Positions 15,918 through 24,139 of a stretch of 31,163 nucleotides of DNA are shown piece after piece. Source of the DNA: a virus (lineage: Duplodnaviria; Caudoviricetes); the IMG/VR virus record IMGVR_UViG_3300030397_000841, positions 1 through 31,163 of that record; one strand, written 5' to 3'. Under the pieces are notes generated by a model. The model was not told the origin of the DNA. It saw only the letters and a program-made list of their open reading frames with translations, and searched no databases. The position numbers and the translations under genes were made by a program. Position 1 is the first letter of the stretch. Each line of letters starts with the position of its first letter.

Positions 15918-17267
15918 TTATGATTCAGATTCGTCATTATCAGAATCTGAATCTTCATCGGCAACATCCTCCGAGAGATTTACAACCGTTGCGCCTAATT
16001 CGTACACAAATCTACTGGCGGTCATGTTGTTGTCCCTGTAGGATGCCGGAGCTGTGAGGAACACCTTATCCTGCGCCCTGCTCACGCAAACAAATGCTAT
16101 GTCACGCTCATCCTCGATTCTTGCCATTCCGGAGGTAGGAAGCACACCAAATACTGGCGGAGGAGTCAGTGCGAAAGTGTGGGGCAACAGTCCGCGAGGA
16201 TCGCCAGCCGAATTGCTGCCTTCGCACCAGCCAACACCAACCATAATTGGCCTCTCAGAGCCTTTGAGACGATGCACTGTACTTAGCACCACATATTCGC
16301 CCATATTCCCCTTCTTGGCTTCCTCGGCGGCCTCTGACATCTCCTGAACATAAGTTAAGAAGCCTGCCACAGTGTCATATTCTTTGGCCACATCCATAAC
16401 GGTTTCGATGTCATCCAGAATATTGCTGTCGCCTTCCTGTTCTATGCTTTCGCCTTTGGCCTTCAGCCACTGCTTGTAGCAATTTTTGATAATGAAGTTG
16501 ATAACCATGCTGGGATTGCTGGCATATGCCATTTCCATCCGCACGTCATTGACAAAATTTTCCAGATCGGTAACACCATAATAATAACGCCGATTGCGAT
16601 TAACCGCAAGATGCATATTCCGATATTGGCCTTTGGTCAGTCTTAAGAATTCCGCACCCATCCAGTGATGATGGCAGTAGTTGCCACTTTTGTCAGTATG
16701 GCTGGCAGAAGCAATGTTGTACACTCGCTTAAATGCCGCATCGTTGCTGGTGTCATGAGCCAGTTGCAAAAACGCTACAATGTTGGCCACATGGTAATTC
16801 TGCCAAAAGCTGCCGCCTGCTATGTTAACAAACTTGATGCCGGCTCGATACAATGGCCCTTCCAGATAACCTAACTGCGCCCGAGTGCGAGCACTCACAT
16901 AGAAATCACCATATTTGTAGTCGTGTTGGTCAATCTGCTCCTTGATGATATTGGCAACACCTTGCGCCTCTTCTTTGGTGCCATCAAACATCTGGAAAGT
17001 GATGGGATCACCTTCGGGAGCATCTTCGCGTGCTTTGGTGGGCTTCATCAGTTCCTGCGGATAAGGTCCGCCACAATCGGAATAATTGCGCTCAATCAGC
17101 TTGTTGCAAGCCTCTACAATAGTCCGGGTGGAACGAAAGTTAATATCTAAGAAATGGGTCAACATATCCGGAATATATTGGTGTACTTCCTCGGTCATCA
17201 GTTCCGGCTTCGCTCCGGCAAATCGGTACAATAACTGGTCCACATCACCTACTATAGTCAATGCCAT
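15918..17267 (-). CDS. UvrD/PcrA SF1 helicase, C-terminal part (motifs III-VI)
   Basis: Begins MALTIVGDVDQLLYRFAGA (motif III); LDINFRS (IV), STVHRLKGSE (V), DERDIAFVCVSRAQ (VI). Has its own AGGAGG RBS. Confidence 0.9.
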   Translation of the reverse strand: MALTIVGDVDQLLYRFAGAKPELMTEEVHQYIPDMLTHFLDINFRSTRTIVEACNKLIERNYSDCGGPYPQELMKPTKAREDAPEGDPITFQMFDGTKEEAQGVANIIKEQIDQHDYKYGDFYVSARTRAQLGYLEGPLYRAGIKFVNIAGGSFWQNYHVANIVAFLQLAHDTSNDAAFKRVYNIASASHTDKSGNYCHHHWMGAEFLRLTKGQYRNMHLAVNRNRRYYYGVTDLENFVNDVRMEMAYASNPSMVINFIIKNCYKQWLKAKGESIEQEGDSNILDDIETVMDVAKEYDTVAGFLTYVQEMSEAAEEAKKGNMGEYVVLSTVHRLKGSERPIMVGVGWCEGSNSAGDPRGLLPHTFALTPPPVFGVLPTSGMARIEDERDIAFVCVSRAQDKVFLTAPASYRDNNMTASRFVYELGATVVNLSEDVADEDSDSDNDESES

Positions 17268-17297
17268 TTGTAAATTCCTCCTGAATCTAGTTAAGTC

Positions 17298-17609
17298 CTA
17301 CCAACCCCAAACTTGCTGGTGGAAGTGAGTATATGGTGTGTTCTGACCCAATCGTTTGGCCTCATCCAGCAAGTATTCGGCAGCATCCTCATCACCTATA
17401 TTCAATGCACCCATCACCTGCAAAATGCAACTCTTTTTAAGATGCGAACGTTGGGCAGCATTTAGGTCATTGTACTTTCCGTGCGCATAACTCCATGCTC
17501 TGTCAGTACCTTCTAAAATTACCCACAGATGCGGATTCTTCTTGCGAAACTCTCGCAGTAATTTATGAGTTTTGGCTCCTAATTCCTCTTGCGTTTCTGC
17601 AGTTTTCAT
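17298..17609 (-). CDS. hypothetical protein lying between the helicase halves (start revised to MKTAET)
   Basis: AAAGGAG RBS and a promoter cassette directly upstream. Confidence 0.75.
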   Translation of the reverse strand: MKTAETQEELGAKTHKLLREFRKKNPHLWVILEGTDRAWSYAHGKYNDLNAAQRSHLKKSCILQVMGALNIGDEDAAEYLLDEAKRLGQNTPYTHFHQQVWGW

Positions 17610-17705
17610 TCGTAAATTTCTCCTTTGGCGTAAAATATACTTTTCCTGCAATAATTATACCTTGGATTGCAGGAAAAGTAAAGTTCGAAACCTTAAAATT
17701 GCAAC
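17610..17705 (-). promoter_or_regulatory. early promoter cassette copy 1 (TTTACT-N17-TATAAT plus RBS) with a 15-bp inverted repeat
   Basis: -35 at 17677-17682, -10 at 17654-17659; inverted repeat 17638-17652/17666-17680. Confidence 0.85.
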
Positions 17706-19264
17706 TCGGGAACTTTGTACTGGTAAGAATCGTACACCGCATTTTGTCCTGGGTCCAGGCTCAGCGTTATGAGGATTCTCATGGCTTGGTAATTGGTATC
17801 CTGACCTTCATCCACAATAACTTCGGCAAACTGACTCTGCCAGCGAGACCGGAAGGTTGAATTGTGCTGCAGCTGCTTCTCGGTATGGTACAGCATATCG
17901 GCAAATCTGAGAAATTTCTTGTTTTCCAGCCAGGAGTCCAAATCTCGGCGGATGCTGTGCAGCCACATCCCAAATTCAACTCCCAGATTCTTCACGAAAT
18001 AGGCTTCAGATTCTTCGATTGTCAGTCCATGATACTTGCTATTATCCACCCAAGTGAGAATCTCGGAATAGGTGGGCTTGTCTTCATCTTCCGAAACTCG
18101 CCAGTATTTCTTCACCAGATCATCGACCACTTTCTTAACTTCCCAATCCTTGGGAACTTGCCAATTGCTGAATCTGCTATCCTTATCCCATCTGGTCAGC
18201 AGCCGATAGCACAAGGCGTGGATTGTGCTAATTTGATCCTGCTTGGCTCGAGGACAAGCGGCCTTAATCCGCTCCAACATCTCGGTGGCCATCTTCTTGC
18301 TAAGAGTCACCACTAGAATATTATCCGGATGTATGTTCTGGTCGGCCACCAAGTGAGCATATCTGTTTTCCACAACATAAGTCTTACCCGACCCTGGAGG
18401 AGCCATCAGTCCAAAATTAGTACCTGCCGGCAGATCTATGGCAGTCTGCTGCGCTTTGGTGGCTCGCTTGCCGGCTTGTTTCTTCCTATTCCTCAGACCT
18501 TGCTTGAATGAACTTATCTCGGCATCTATTTTAGTGTCTTCAACCTCTTCTGGCATACCTGGCAAATCATCGAAGGATGGCGATCTTTCACTTCCTCTAG
18601 GGGAAAACTTCGAAGGTTTCTCACGTTTCGCAGTAGAGTTAACTTTCCGCACAGACTTTTCGGATGATCTCCCATTCTGTACAGGTGCAACTTCATCGCC
18701 CTTGCCGGCATCACATAGGTGAATGCTACTATCGTCTGCATGTACAATTTCTCCTGGCTTGTATGGAGTATCCAGCCATTCGAATGAACCTTTACAATCT
18801 CGATGGCTGAAGAATGGTCGGTTTTTGTTTTTGCCTTCTTTCTTAACAAATGCAGCAAATCCTGCAGCGCCACACTTGGAGCAGGTATTCACTGGTCGAA
18901 CTACTCGGGCAGCTCTGTTCCACAATTCCCGAATCTTAACTTCCATACGCTTGTCCCATCCGGGAGTCCGCTTGGTATATGCATCAACCTTCTTGCCGGC
19001 AGCCTGCCAAATCATCTGCGAGGGACGTTTCCAATTGGGCTGGTAAACTTCAACCCAAATGCGGATACTGTCTTTGCCAGACTTGGCTGCAAACCCTGTG
19101 GAATCAATGCTGCTATTAACGCGAATTCGGGCATTGGCATTCACAGGAATTATGTAGCATTCCTCATCTTGCCGGCTCTGCCCTTGTTGCTCTAAAGGTT
19201 GCCAATCAGGGTGAATGGCAGCCAAGGCTTTCTCAAATCTCTCCTTGCTAAATTTGTCTATCAT
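17693..19264 (-). CDS. N-terminal phage domain + GRF-type Zn finger + UvrD helicase N-terminal part (Q motif to motif II); start revised to MIDKF
   Basis: CSKCG...VKKEGKNKNRPFFSHRDC..F.W (GRF-like); TKAQQTAI, APPGSGKT, VVTLSKKMATEMLERI, STIHALC, IVDEGQDTN. Confidence 0.88.
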   Translation of the reverse strand: MIDKFSKERFEKALAAIHPDWQPLEQQGQSRQDEECYIIPVNANARIRVNSSIDSTGFAAKSGKDSIRIWVEVYQPNWKRPSQMIWQAAGKKVDAYTKRTPGWDKRMEVKIRELWNRAARVVRPVNTCSKCGAAGFAAFVKKEGKNKNRPFFSHRDCKGSFEWLDTPYKPGEIVHADDSSIHLCDAGKGDEVAPVQNGRSSEKSVRKVNSTAKREKPSKFSPRGSERSPSFDDLPGMPEEVEDTKIDAEISSFKQGLRNRKKQAGKRATKAQQTAIDLPAGTNFGLMAPPGSGKTYVVENRYAHLVADQNIHPDNILVVTLSKKMATEMLERIKAACPRAKQDQISTIHALCYRLLTRWDKDSRFSNWQVPKDWEVKKVVDDLVKKYWRVSEDEDKPTYSEILTWVDNSKYHGLTIEESEAYFVKNLGVEFGMWLHSIRRDLDSWLENKKFLRFADMLYHTEKQLQHNSTFRSRWQSQFAEVIVDEGQDTNYQAMRILITLSLDPGQNAVYDSYQYKVPELQF

Positions 19265-19365
19265 GTGTAAGTTTCTCCTGTAAATTCTTCTTTGTAATTT
19301 CAACTGCAAGGGAATTATACCTCAGAGCACAAGAAAAGTAAAGTTGGAATGAGGAAAATTGCAAT
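19265..19365 (-). promoter_or_regulatory. early promoter cassette copy 2
   Basis: -35 TTTACT 19337-19342, 17-nt spacer, -10 TATAAT 19314-19319, RBS AGGAG. Confidence 0.85.
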
Positions 19366-19389
19366 AAAATCACAAATGTGCAGATAATT

Positions 19390-19623
19390 TTAAGGTTTCT
19401 TGTTAATTAATTTCTTTCTGGAGGTAATGCATCGCTTGCATTGCTCATCTTCCGGCACATTCTTCACAGGTGATATCTTCCTATAGTTGTAAGGCGATGG
19501 CGTTATGCCGCATAATGTTGTGGGTCGTCTTGTGGTGACGGCATCGCTGTGAAATAAATGATATTTGGAATATATCCCTTTCCATCCATCTACCAGCCAG
19601 AAACTCCAAAATAATTTCTTCAT
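19390..19623 (-). CDS. small hypothetical Zn-binding protein
   Basis: YH.....TLCG...CKRC pattern. Confidence 0.65.
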   Translation of the reverse strand: MKKLFWSFWLVDGWKGIYSKYHLFHSDAVTTRRPTTLCGITPSPYNYRKISPVKNVPEDEQCKRCITSRKKLINKKP

Positions 19624-19889
19624 CTTCTCAACTCATCAAGTAGAACTGCCATGCCTCCTGTAAAAGTGGTTTGAATGACCTTCGAATATTTGTATCCATT
19701 TACTCTCTGGAAGATATGCGCATAATTCTCTGTAACCAGCACAATCTTGGAAGCCTCTTGCATACAGGATTCTGAAACATGGGACTTCAATATACTTTCA
19801 ACATCTTCTGCCACGTCCAAATCCCTGAGCAATTTGTTCTCGTCTGAGGTTACCTTAACAATTGTGACTATCTTTGCATCGGCAATCAT
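19620..19889 (-). CDS. hypothetical protein (start revised to MIADAK)
   Basis: AGGAGG RBS before the ATG at 19889. Confidence 0.65.
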   Translation of the reverse strand: MIADAKIVTIVKVTSDENKLLRDLDVAEDVESILKSHVSESCMQEASKIVLVTENYAHIFQRVNGYKYSKVIQTTFTGGMAVLLDELRR

Positions 19890-19949
19890 TTCCATCCTCC
19901 TGCCTTGCTCGCAACTCATGATCCAATTATCGCAATATTTTGCCATATT

Positions 19950-20220
19950 GCAAAAGGGCCAATACCCCTTATATATTATATAACTATATTATGGGCCAAT
20001 TGGCCACTATTTCGCATTGCGAATAATGGTCCAATACTTCCAATATTTGCGCATAAATGCGCATTCAGTAATAAGGGTCGAAATATACCGATAGGCTCAT
20101 GTCAGTATTGCGAGCGAAGCGAGCATGACATGAGCCTAATGTTATATCTCACATAAAAATAACTTAAAAGCATACGCGCACATGAGAGCACGTAGACACG
20201 CGCATACGCGCGAGGACAAA
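19950..20220. other. palindrome-rich non-coding region, candidate replication origin or structured RNA
   Basis: Four palindromes/inverted repeats (19994-20005, 20011-20023, 20048-20063, 20092-20138), an AT-rich tract and CGCG-rich repeats. Confidence 0.4.
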
Positions 20221-20484
20221 TTACTCCGCAAGTTCTTCTTCTGCAGAATGCAAATCTGGCAGATCGAGAGGAATGTCATCATCCCAGATAATGTCCAAGG
20301 AATGCGCCGCCACTGCGCTGTTTTCTTCTCCCAAACTCATGCGCAAATGAGACGACAGAATAATGTGCTGAGTGATTCCATAAGGTGACGGTCCTTCTTG
20401 CAGATTATTCAGCTCTGATTCCAGCTTCAGCAACTCTCGGGCGGATGTGGAACTTATCTCCAAGGTCATGGTCAGTGTGTGCAT
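20221..20484 (-). CDS. hypothetical protein
   Basis: ORF in a tightly packed minus-strand run. Confidence 0.65.
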   Translation of the reverse strand: MHTLTMTLEISSTSARELLKLESELNNLQEGPSPYGITQHIILSSHLRMSLGEENSAVAAHSLDIIWDDDIPLDLPDLHSAEEELAE

Positions 20485-20487
20485 AAG

Positions 20488-20742
20488 TTAATTCTTTCCC
20501 CAACTTGCAATTGCTTGGCGCAATTCTTTCTCGTAATGATCTCCTTTGTAAGAATTCTTGCCAAAATCTATTATTCCCTCAGACAGCATATCTATGTTCA
20601 TAACAGCACAATACCCTGCGGATGGAAATACTATGCCTATCATGAATCCTTCTTTGGAATCAATGAATTTACATACATGAAAACCTTCTCCCGAAACTCC
20701 ATTTCTGTGATAATCTATTTTGTGGACATGTATCTTTGCCAT
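20488..20742 (-). CDS. hypothetical phage protein
   Basis: HRNGVSGEGFHV motif; packed ORF. Confidence 0.7.
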   Translation of the reverse strand: MAKIHVHKIDYHRNGVSGEGFHVCKFIDSKEGFMIGIVFPSAGYCAVMNIDMLSEGIIDFGKNSYKGDHYEKELRQAIASWGKN

Positions 20743-20744
20743 AG

Positions 20745-20921
20745 TTAATTTCCCATCAGCTTGCGTATGTAATTCACAACCTCATTACCTCTCCAGGTTG
20801 GCAATAATTTTCCGGCTTCATCGACCAATCGAGCCCAATCTATTTTGTATCTGTTATATTGGTCGATAAGATCCCACAATCTTGAATTTACATTAGAGGT
20901 TGGTTCTTTGTTGTTTGGCAT
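20745..20921 (-). CDS. hypothetical protein (start revised to MPNNKE)
   Basis: AAAGGAG RBS before the ATG at 20921. Confidence 0.65.
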   Translation of the reverse strand: MPNNKEPTSNVNSRLWDLIDQYNRYKIDWARLVDEAGKLLPTWRGNEVVNYIRKLMGN

Positions 20922-20922
20922 A

Positions 20923-21186
20923 TTATTCTCCTTTCTCGATAACAATATCTGCCAGTTGCCAAGTGAATCGATCCGATCTTTGTTCAGAAGGTTTGTCAAG
21001 TTTCCGAAATTCTATGGAAGTTCTGGGAAATGCTATACTGCCTGAACCTGATTTCATTTCTACCATGCGCTTGTTACGTAAAGCATATAAAGTTGCTAAA
21101 CTTGCATTTAACTCATAAGCCGAATACCATACATCTTTCTTCATGGCATTCAGTACTTTTTGCTGAGTTGGTGACAATTTGGTCAT
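20923..21186 (-). CDS. winged-helix-like DNA-binding protein
   Basis: LSPTQQKVL.AM....WYSAYEL..SLATLYAL..K.MVE pattern. Confidence 0.55.
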   Translation of the reverse strand: MTKLSPTQQKVLNAMKKDVWYSAYELNASLATLYALRNKRMVEMKSGSGSIAFPRTSIEFRKLDKPSEQRSDRFTWQLADIVIEKGE

Positions 21187-21221
21187 ATAGTCGAATTCCT
21201 TTCTTATGCGCAGGTTGCGCC

Positions 21222-21512
21222 TTAGATATCATCCTTAATTTTGATATCATCCCTAATTTTAATAAAACGTCCTTGGGAACATTCGAACAAGAAGTCAGTC
21301 AATTCTTTCGCTTCTCTCAGACTCAGAGTAGTGTCGTATCGCCTCGCTCCCTTCACCAGCCCAATCTGGGAAATAGTCCCATCCGGTCTGGATTCGGCAT
21401 GTGCCAAAATTTTTTGTGCCAAAATTTCTTGTGTCAGTTTGTGCGCTGCCGTATGTGCATTATACAGCCTTATCTCTAGCTGCCATCCAAAAACTTCGAA
21501 TTTCTTAATCAT
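21222..21512 (-). CDS. hypothetical protein with a ribosomal bL12 C-terminal-domain-like motif
   Basis: QIGLVKGARRYDTTLSLREAKELTD resembles KIxxIKxVRxxTGLGLKEAKxLV. Confidence 0.5.
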   Translation of the reverse strand: MIKKFEVFGWQLEIRLYNAHTAAHKLTQEILAQKILAHAESRPDGTISQIGLVKGARRYDTTLSLREAKELTDFLFECSQGRFIKIRDDIKIKDDI

Positions 21513-21834
21513 CTACAGCCTCCTTGGGCAATTTTTCCCACGTCCCTTGCGCTCCTGCCAATTCTGTAAGCAGGCTCATGAATGTGGAATGGGAAGTTCT
21601 TAAAACTTCAGGTAAATCTTCATAATCTGCAGTCATGGCCTTCACCCAACTTTTATGGCCTATCAATGCTTCTGAATATGAGTTGTAAATCTCCACAATG
21701 ATGATGTCGCCATTATTGTAATATGGGCTGGCAACTGCCGTTTCATACACATCGGAATCTCCTGACAATATGGTGGACACCAAGAGATTACCAACTTCAT
21801 ACCTGCCCACCATATTGTCCGGGTAGGATATCAT
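21505..21834 (-). CDS. hypothetical phage protein
   Basis: VSTI...YETAV....Y.S..EA..GH..WV pattern; GGAGGT RBS. Confidence 0.7.
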   Translation of the reverse strand: MISYPDNMVGRYEVGNLLVSTILSGDSDVYETAVASPYYNNGDIIIVEIYNSYSEALIGHKSWVKAMTADYEDLPEVLRTSHSTFMSLLTELAGAQGTWEKLPKEAVDD

Positions 21835-22364
21835 CAGTCTATCACCTCCTCTTCTTTTTTGCCTCTCATCAAATTTACTCGTTCCTCGAGATTCATGGTC
21901 TGCGCATGCTTTATCAGCTCTTCGGCAGTTTTGTCGATGGCCACAAGATACAACGCATTCTTGCGTCCTTGAGTTGATCTCACAGTTAGCACAACCGGCT
22001 CTCCATTGTCATCTGCCAAGGCAGTGTCTTTGTTCCTATGGGCCACGGCTTTTGCCTGTTCCTCATTTCGCCGGAACTTGGCCACATAGCCCATATCCTC
22101 CAAAGCAGCTATGATTGCCGCAATCGCATGCCGGCAAACTCCGCTGCAATTACCCAGGCAATCTTTATGGCCCATACGTCCGCAAATTTTGTGACACTCC
22201 ACCAGCAGGCCGTTGAAGGTTCTGCGCAGGATAACGCGATTCATGGTGGCTTCGCTGCCTGGTAACATCACGCTCTTTACTCGGCCTTTGGCATCTCTGC
22301 TCATAATTTTGCCTAATCTGGCAATCATCTTGGCTTCCAAGACTCTTTCGTTCAGCGTTTTCAT
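21834..22364 (-). CDS. SWIM-like Zn-finger protein
   Basis: EC...C.....C..NC...CRHAIAA; GAGGAGG RBS. Confidence 0.6.
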   Translation of the reverse strand: MKTLNERVLEAKMIARLGKIMSRDAKGRVKSVMLPGSEATMNRVILRRTFNGLLVECHKICGRMGHKDCLGNCSGVCRHAIAAIIAALEDMGYVAKFRRNEEQAKAVAHRNKDTALADDNGEPVVLTVRSTQGRKNALYLVAIDKTAEELIKHAQTMNLEERVNLMRGKKEEEVID

Positions 22365-22392
22365 GAAATTCCTCCTCTGTTGTGTTTATGTC

Positions 22393-22457
22393 CTCAACAA
22401 TGAGTCTTACCGCATAACAGCAAGACTCATTGTTGAGAGCACAAATTTCGTGCTCTC
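22393..22457. repeat. 16-bp perfect inverted repeat overlapping an 8-bp inverted repeat (possible RNase III site)
   Basis: CTCAACAATGAGTCTT 22393-22408 / 22422-22437; GAGAGCAC 22435-22442 / GTGCTCTC 22450-22457. Confidence 0.75.
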
Positions 22458-22468
22458 TGCCTATGTTA

Positions 22469-23098
22469 CTACTTCAAGCGAGTTTCTAACTCGGCAATTT
22501 CGGCCTCCAATTCGGCAATCTTTCGCTTGTTAATGTCTATACGTTTGGCAACTATCCGCCTGCGGTCCGCTTCGGCCTTGGCCTCTTGTTCCGCATCATA
22601 GGCTTCCTGGTCGAATTCTTCCACTTCTACAAAACTCAGAGCCTCGGCTCCAGACCCCAGACTCCAGCGCCCTTCGAACAGATAGAACCAGGGACCTTGT
22701 TCGCCGGTGTTCAGATCGCGAACCTCTAAATAGGAGTGGCAACCATACTCGTTCTCATCCTGTAAGGCTTCTAATTGCTTAAAATTCTTCACACCGTAAG
22801 CCTTCAGCAATTCCTTGGCGGAATCGAATTTCACACCACCTTCGCCATATTTCTCGTCGCTGCCGGTGAATCCAATAATCTCGTAAATATCAAATCCCTG
22901 GTTATACTTGTTATAGCTGGCGGCAACCTTCATGCCTTTGGTCAAACTTTTTGAAGTAATCCGCCGCTTGGCTCTGTATTCTTCATTCTTGCCGATCTTG
23001 ACCGTGGCCTGCCCTTTGGCAAAAGTTCGCACATACTCAATGGCTCTGCTACTTTTCATCATTCCGCTGCTCAGTTCACTTTTATTAAACTTAATCAT
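22469..23098 (-). CDS. hypothetical early protein with C-terminal coiled coil (start revised to MIKFNK)
   Basis: Cassette RBS AAAGGAG; ends RKIAELEAEIAELETRLK. Confidence 0.8.
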   Translation of the reverse strand: MIKFNKSELSSGMMKSSRAIEYVRTFAKGQATVKIGKNEEYRAKRRITSKSLTKGMKVAASYNKYNQGFDIYEIIGFTGSDEKYGEGGVKFDSAKELLKAYGVKNFKQLEALQDENEYGCHSYLEVRDLNTGEQGPWFYLFEGRWSLGSGAEALSFVEVEEFDQEAYDAEQEAKAEADRRRIVAKRIDINKRKIAELEAEIAELETRLK

Positions 23099-23246
23099 TT
23101 GTAAATTTCTCCTTTGGGGTAAACTTTGTAATATATTCAACTGCAAAGGAATTATACCTTGGTTTGCAAGAAAAGTAAAGTTGGAATGAGGAAAATTGCA
23201 AGAAATATCATGATTTTACAAGATATTTACAAGATTTTAAGGTTTG
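23099..23246 (-). promoter_or_regulatory. early promoter cassette copy 3
   Basis: -35 23174-23179, -10 23151-23156; 23109-23216 is identical to 28003-28110 (108 bp). Confidence 0.9.
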
Positions 23247-23247
23247 G

Positions 23248-23613
23248 TCACCTGTTGACACTTATTTCAGTGCGCGGATATTCCTTGCAAGCTGCTAAAT
23301 AATTTCTCACAAACACCACCAAACCTTTATGTGTGCCATATCCGTTGGATGGTTCGAATTGTTTGAAATATTGTGGATCATCTTCCAATGCTTCCAATCC
23401 TTTTGTGAGGTTGCTAATCAAATCCGAAGCATGCATACAACCTACTTCATCTGGTCTCCACAAATATTTGTACAATCCGGCTTTTTTCGCCATGTCTGCC
23501 AAATTGTGCGTTATATTATCGGCATACATCACCTGCTCTTCAATGTATGGCTCTGATGCTATGCTATCCCTTGCCACATGCTTTACATTGATTAAATATA
23601 TATCTAAGCTCAT
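23248..23613 (-). CDS. conserved hypothetical phage protein
   Basis: MSLDIYL...NITHNLA.MA..AGLY..LW...DP..F....P.NG.G pattern; AGGAG RBS. Confidence 0.75.
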   Translation of the reverse strand: MSLDIYLINVKHVARDSIASEPYIEEQVMYADNITHNLADMAKKAGLYKYLWRPDEVGCMHASDLISNLTKGLEALEDDPQYFKQFEPSNGYGTHKGLVVFVRNYLAACKEYPRTEISVNR

Positions 23614-23711
23614 ATCACTCTCCTGTTAAGTAGTATCCTAATTGTCCGTCTGACACACTCAGATGTCCGTCAGACATCCTACCATCTTAAAATGGGTATA
23701 TATCCCTAATG

Positions 23712-24116
23712 TCAATCCGGCTGCTTAGGGGCAATCTGAGCAGCCCTGGCTAGTGCGGCATCCCTAGCAGCCACATAACCTGGATGATTATTGCCTCCCC
23801 ATCCATAATCATTCCACACAAGGGGCAAAGGTTCGTTGCATCGCTCCGTCATTTCTGAAATGGTGTAACGCGCACCGTCAAAATATTCGTTGCCCTCTTC
23901 ATGCATAGCAGGGGTGGGATCTATCACTTGTCCTGTCGCTGTTCGCAAATATCCATGTTCTATAGGCAAGGCATATTTTGTCACAACTATCCAACCTTCT
24001 ACATAAATGCAATCTTCGGATAACAGCAACATCGCCTCATAAGCATTTTGCCAACAGGCCTTATTCCTGGCTTGTATTTTGTTTGCCAATTTCTTAGATC
24101 GTTTGAGATCCAGCAT
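23712..24116 (-). CDS. transglutaminase/papain-like fold hypothetical protein
   Basis: CWQNA, YVEG, PIEHG, VIDPT give a candidate Cys-His-Asp triad. Confidence 0.55.
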   Translation of the reverse strand: MLDLKRSKKLANKIQARNKACWQNAYEAMLLLSEDCIYVEGWIVVTKYALPIEHGYLRTATGQVIDPTPAMHEEGNEYFDGARYTISEMTERCNEPLPLVWNDYGWGGNNHPGYVAARDAALARAAQIAPKQPD

Positions 24117-24139
24117 TCATCTCTCCCTGAATTATCAAC

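Noticed and set aside
17268-17700. Group I/II intron, split intein or homing endonuclease interrupting the helicase
   Set aside because: The insert is a promoter plus an ORF with no HNH, GIY-YIG or LAGLIDADG motif; no intein termini; the C-half has its own RBS.
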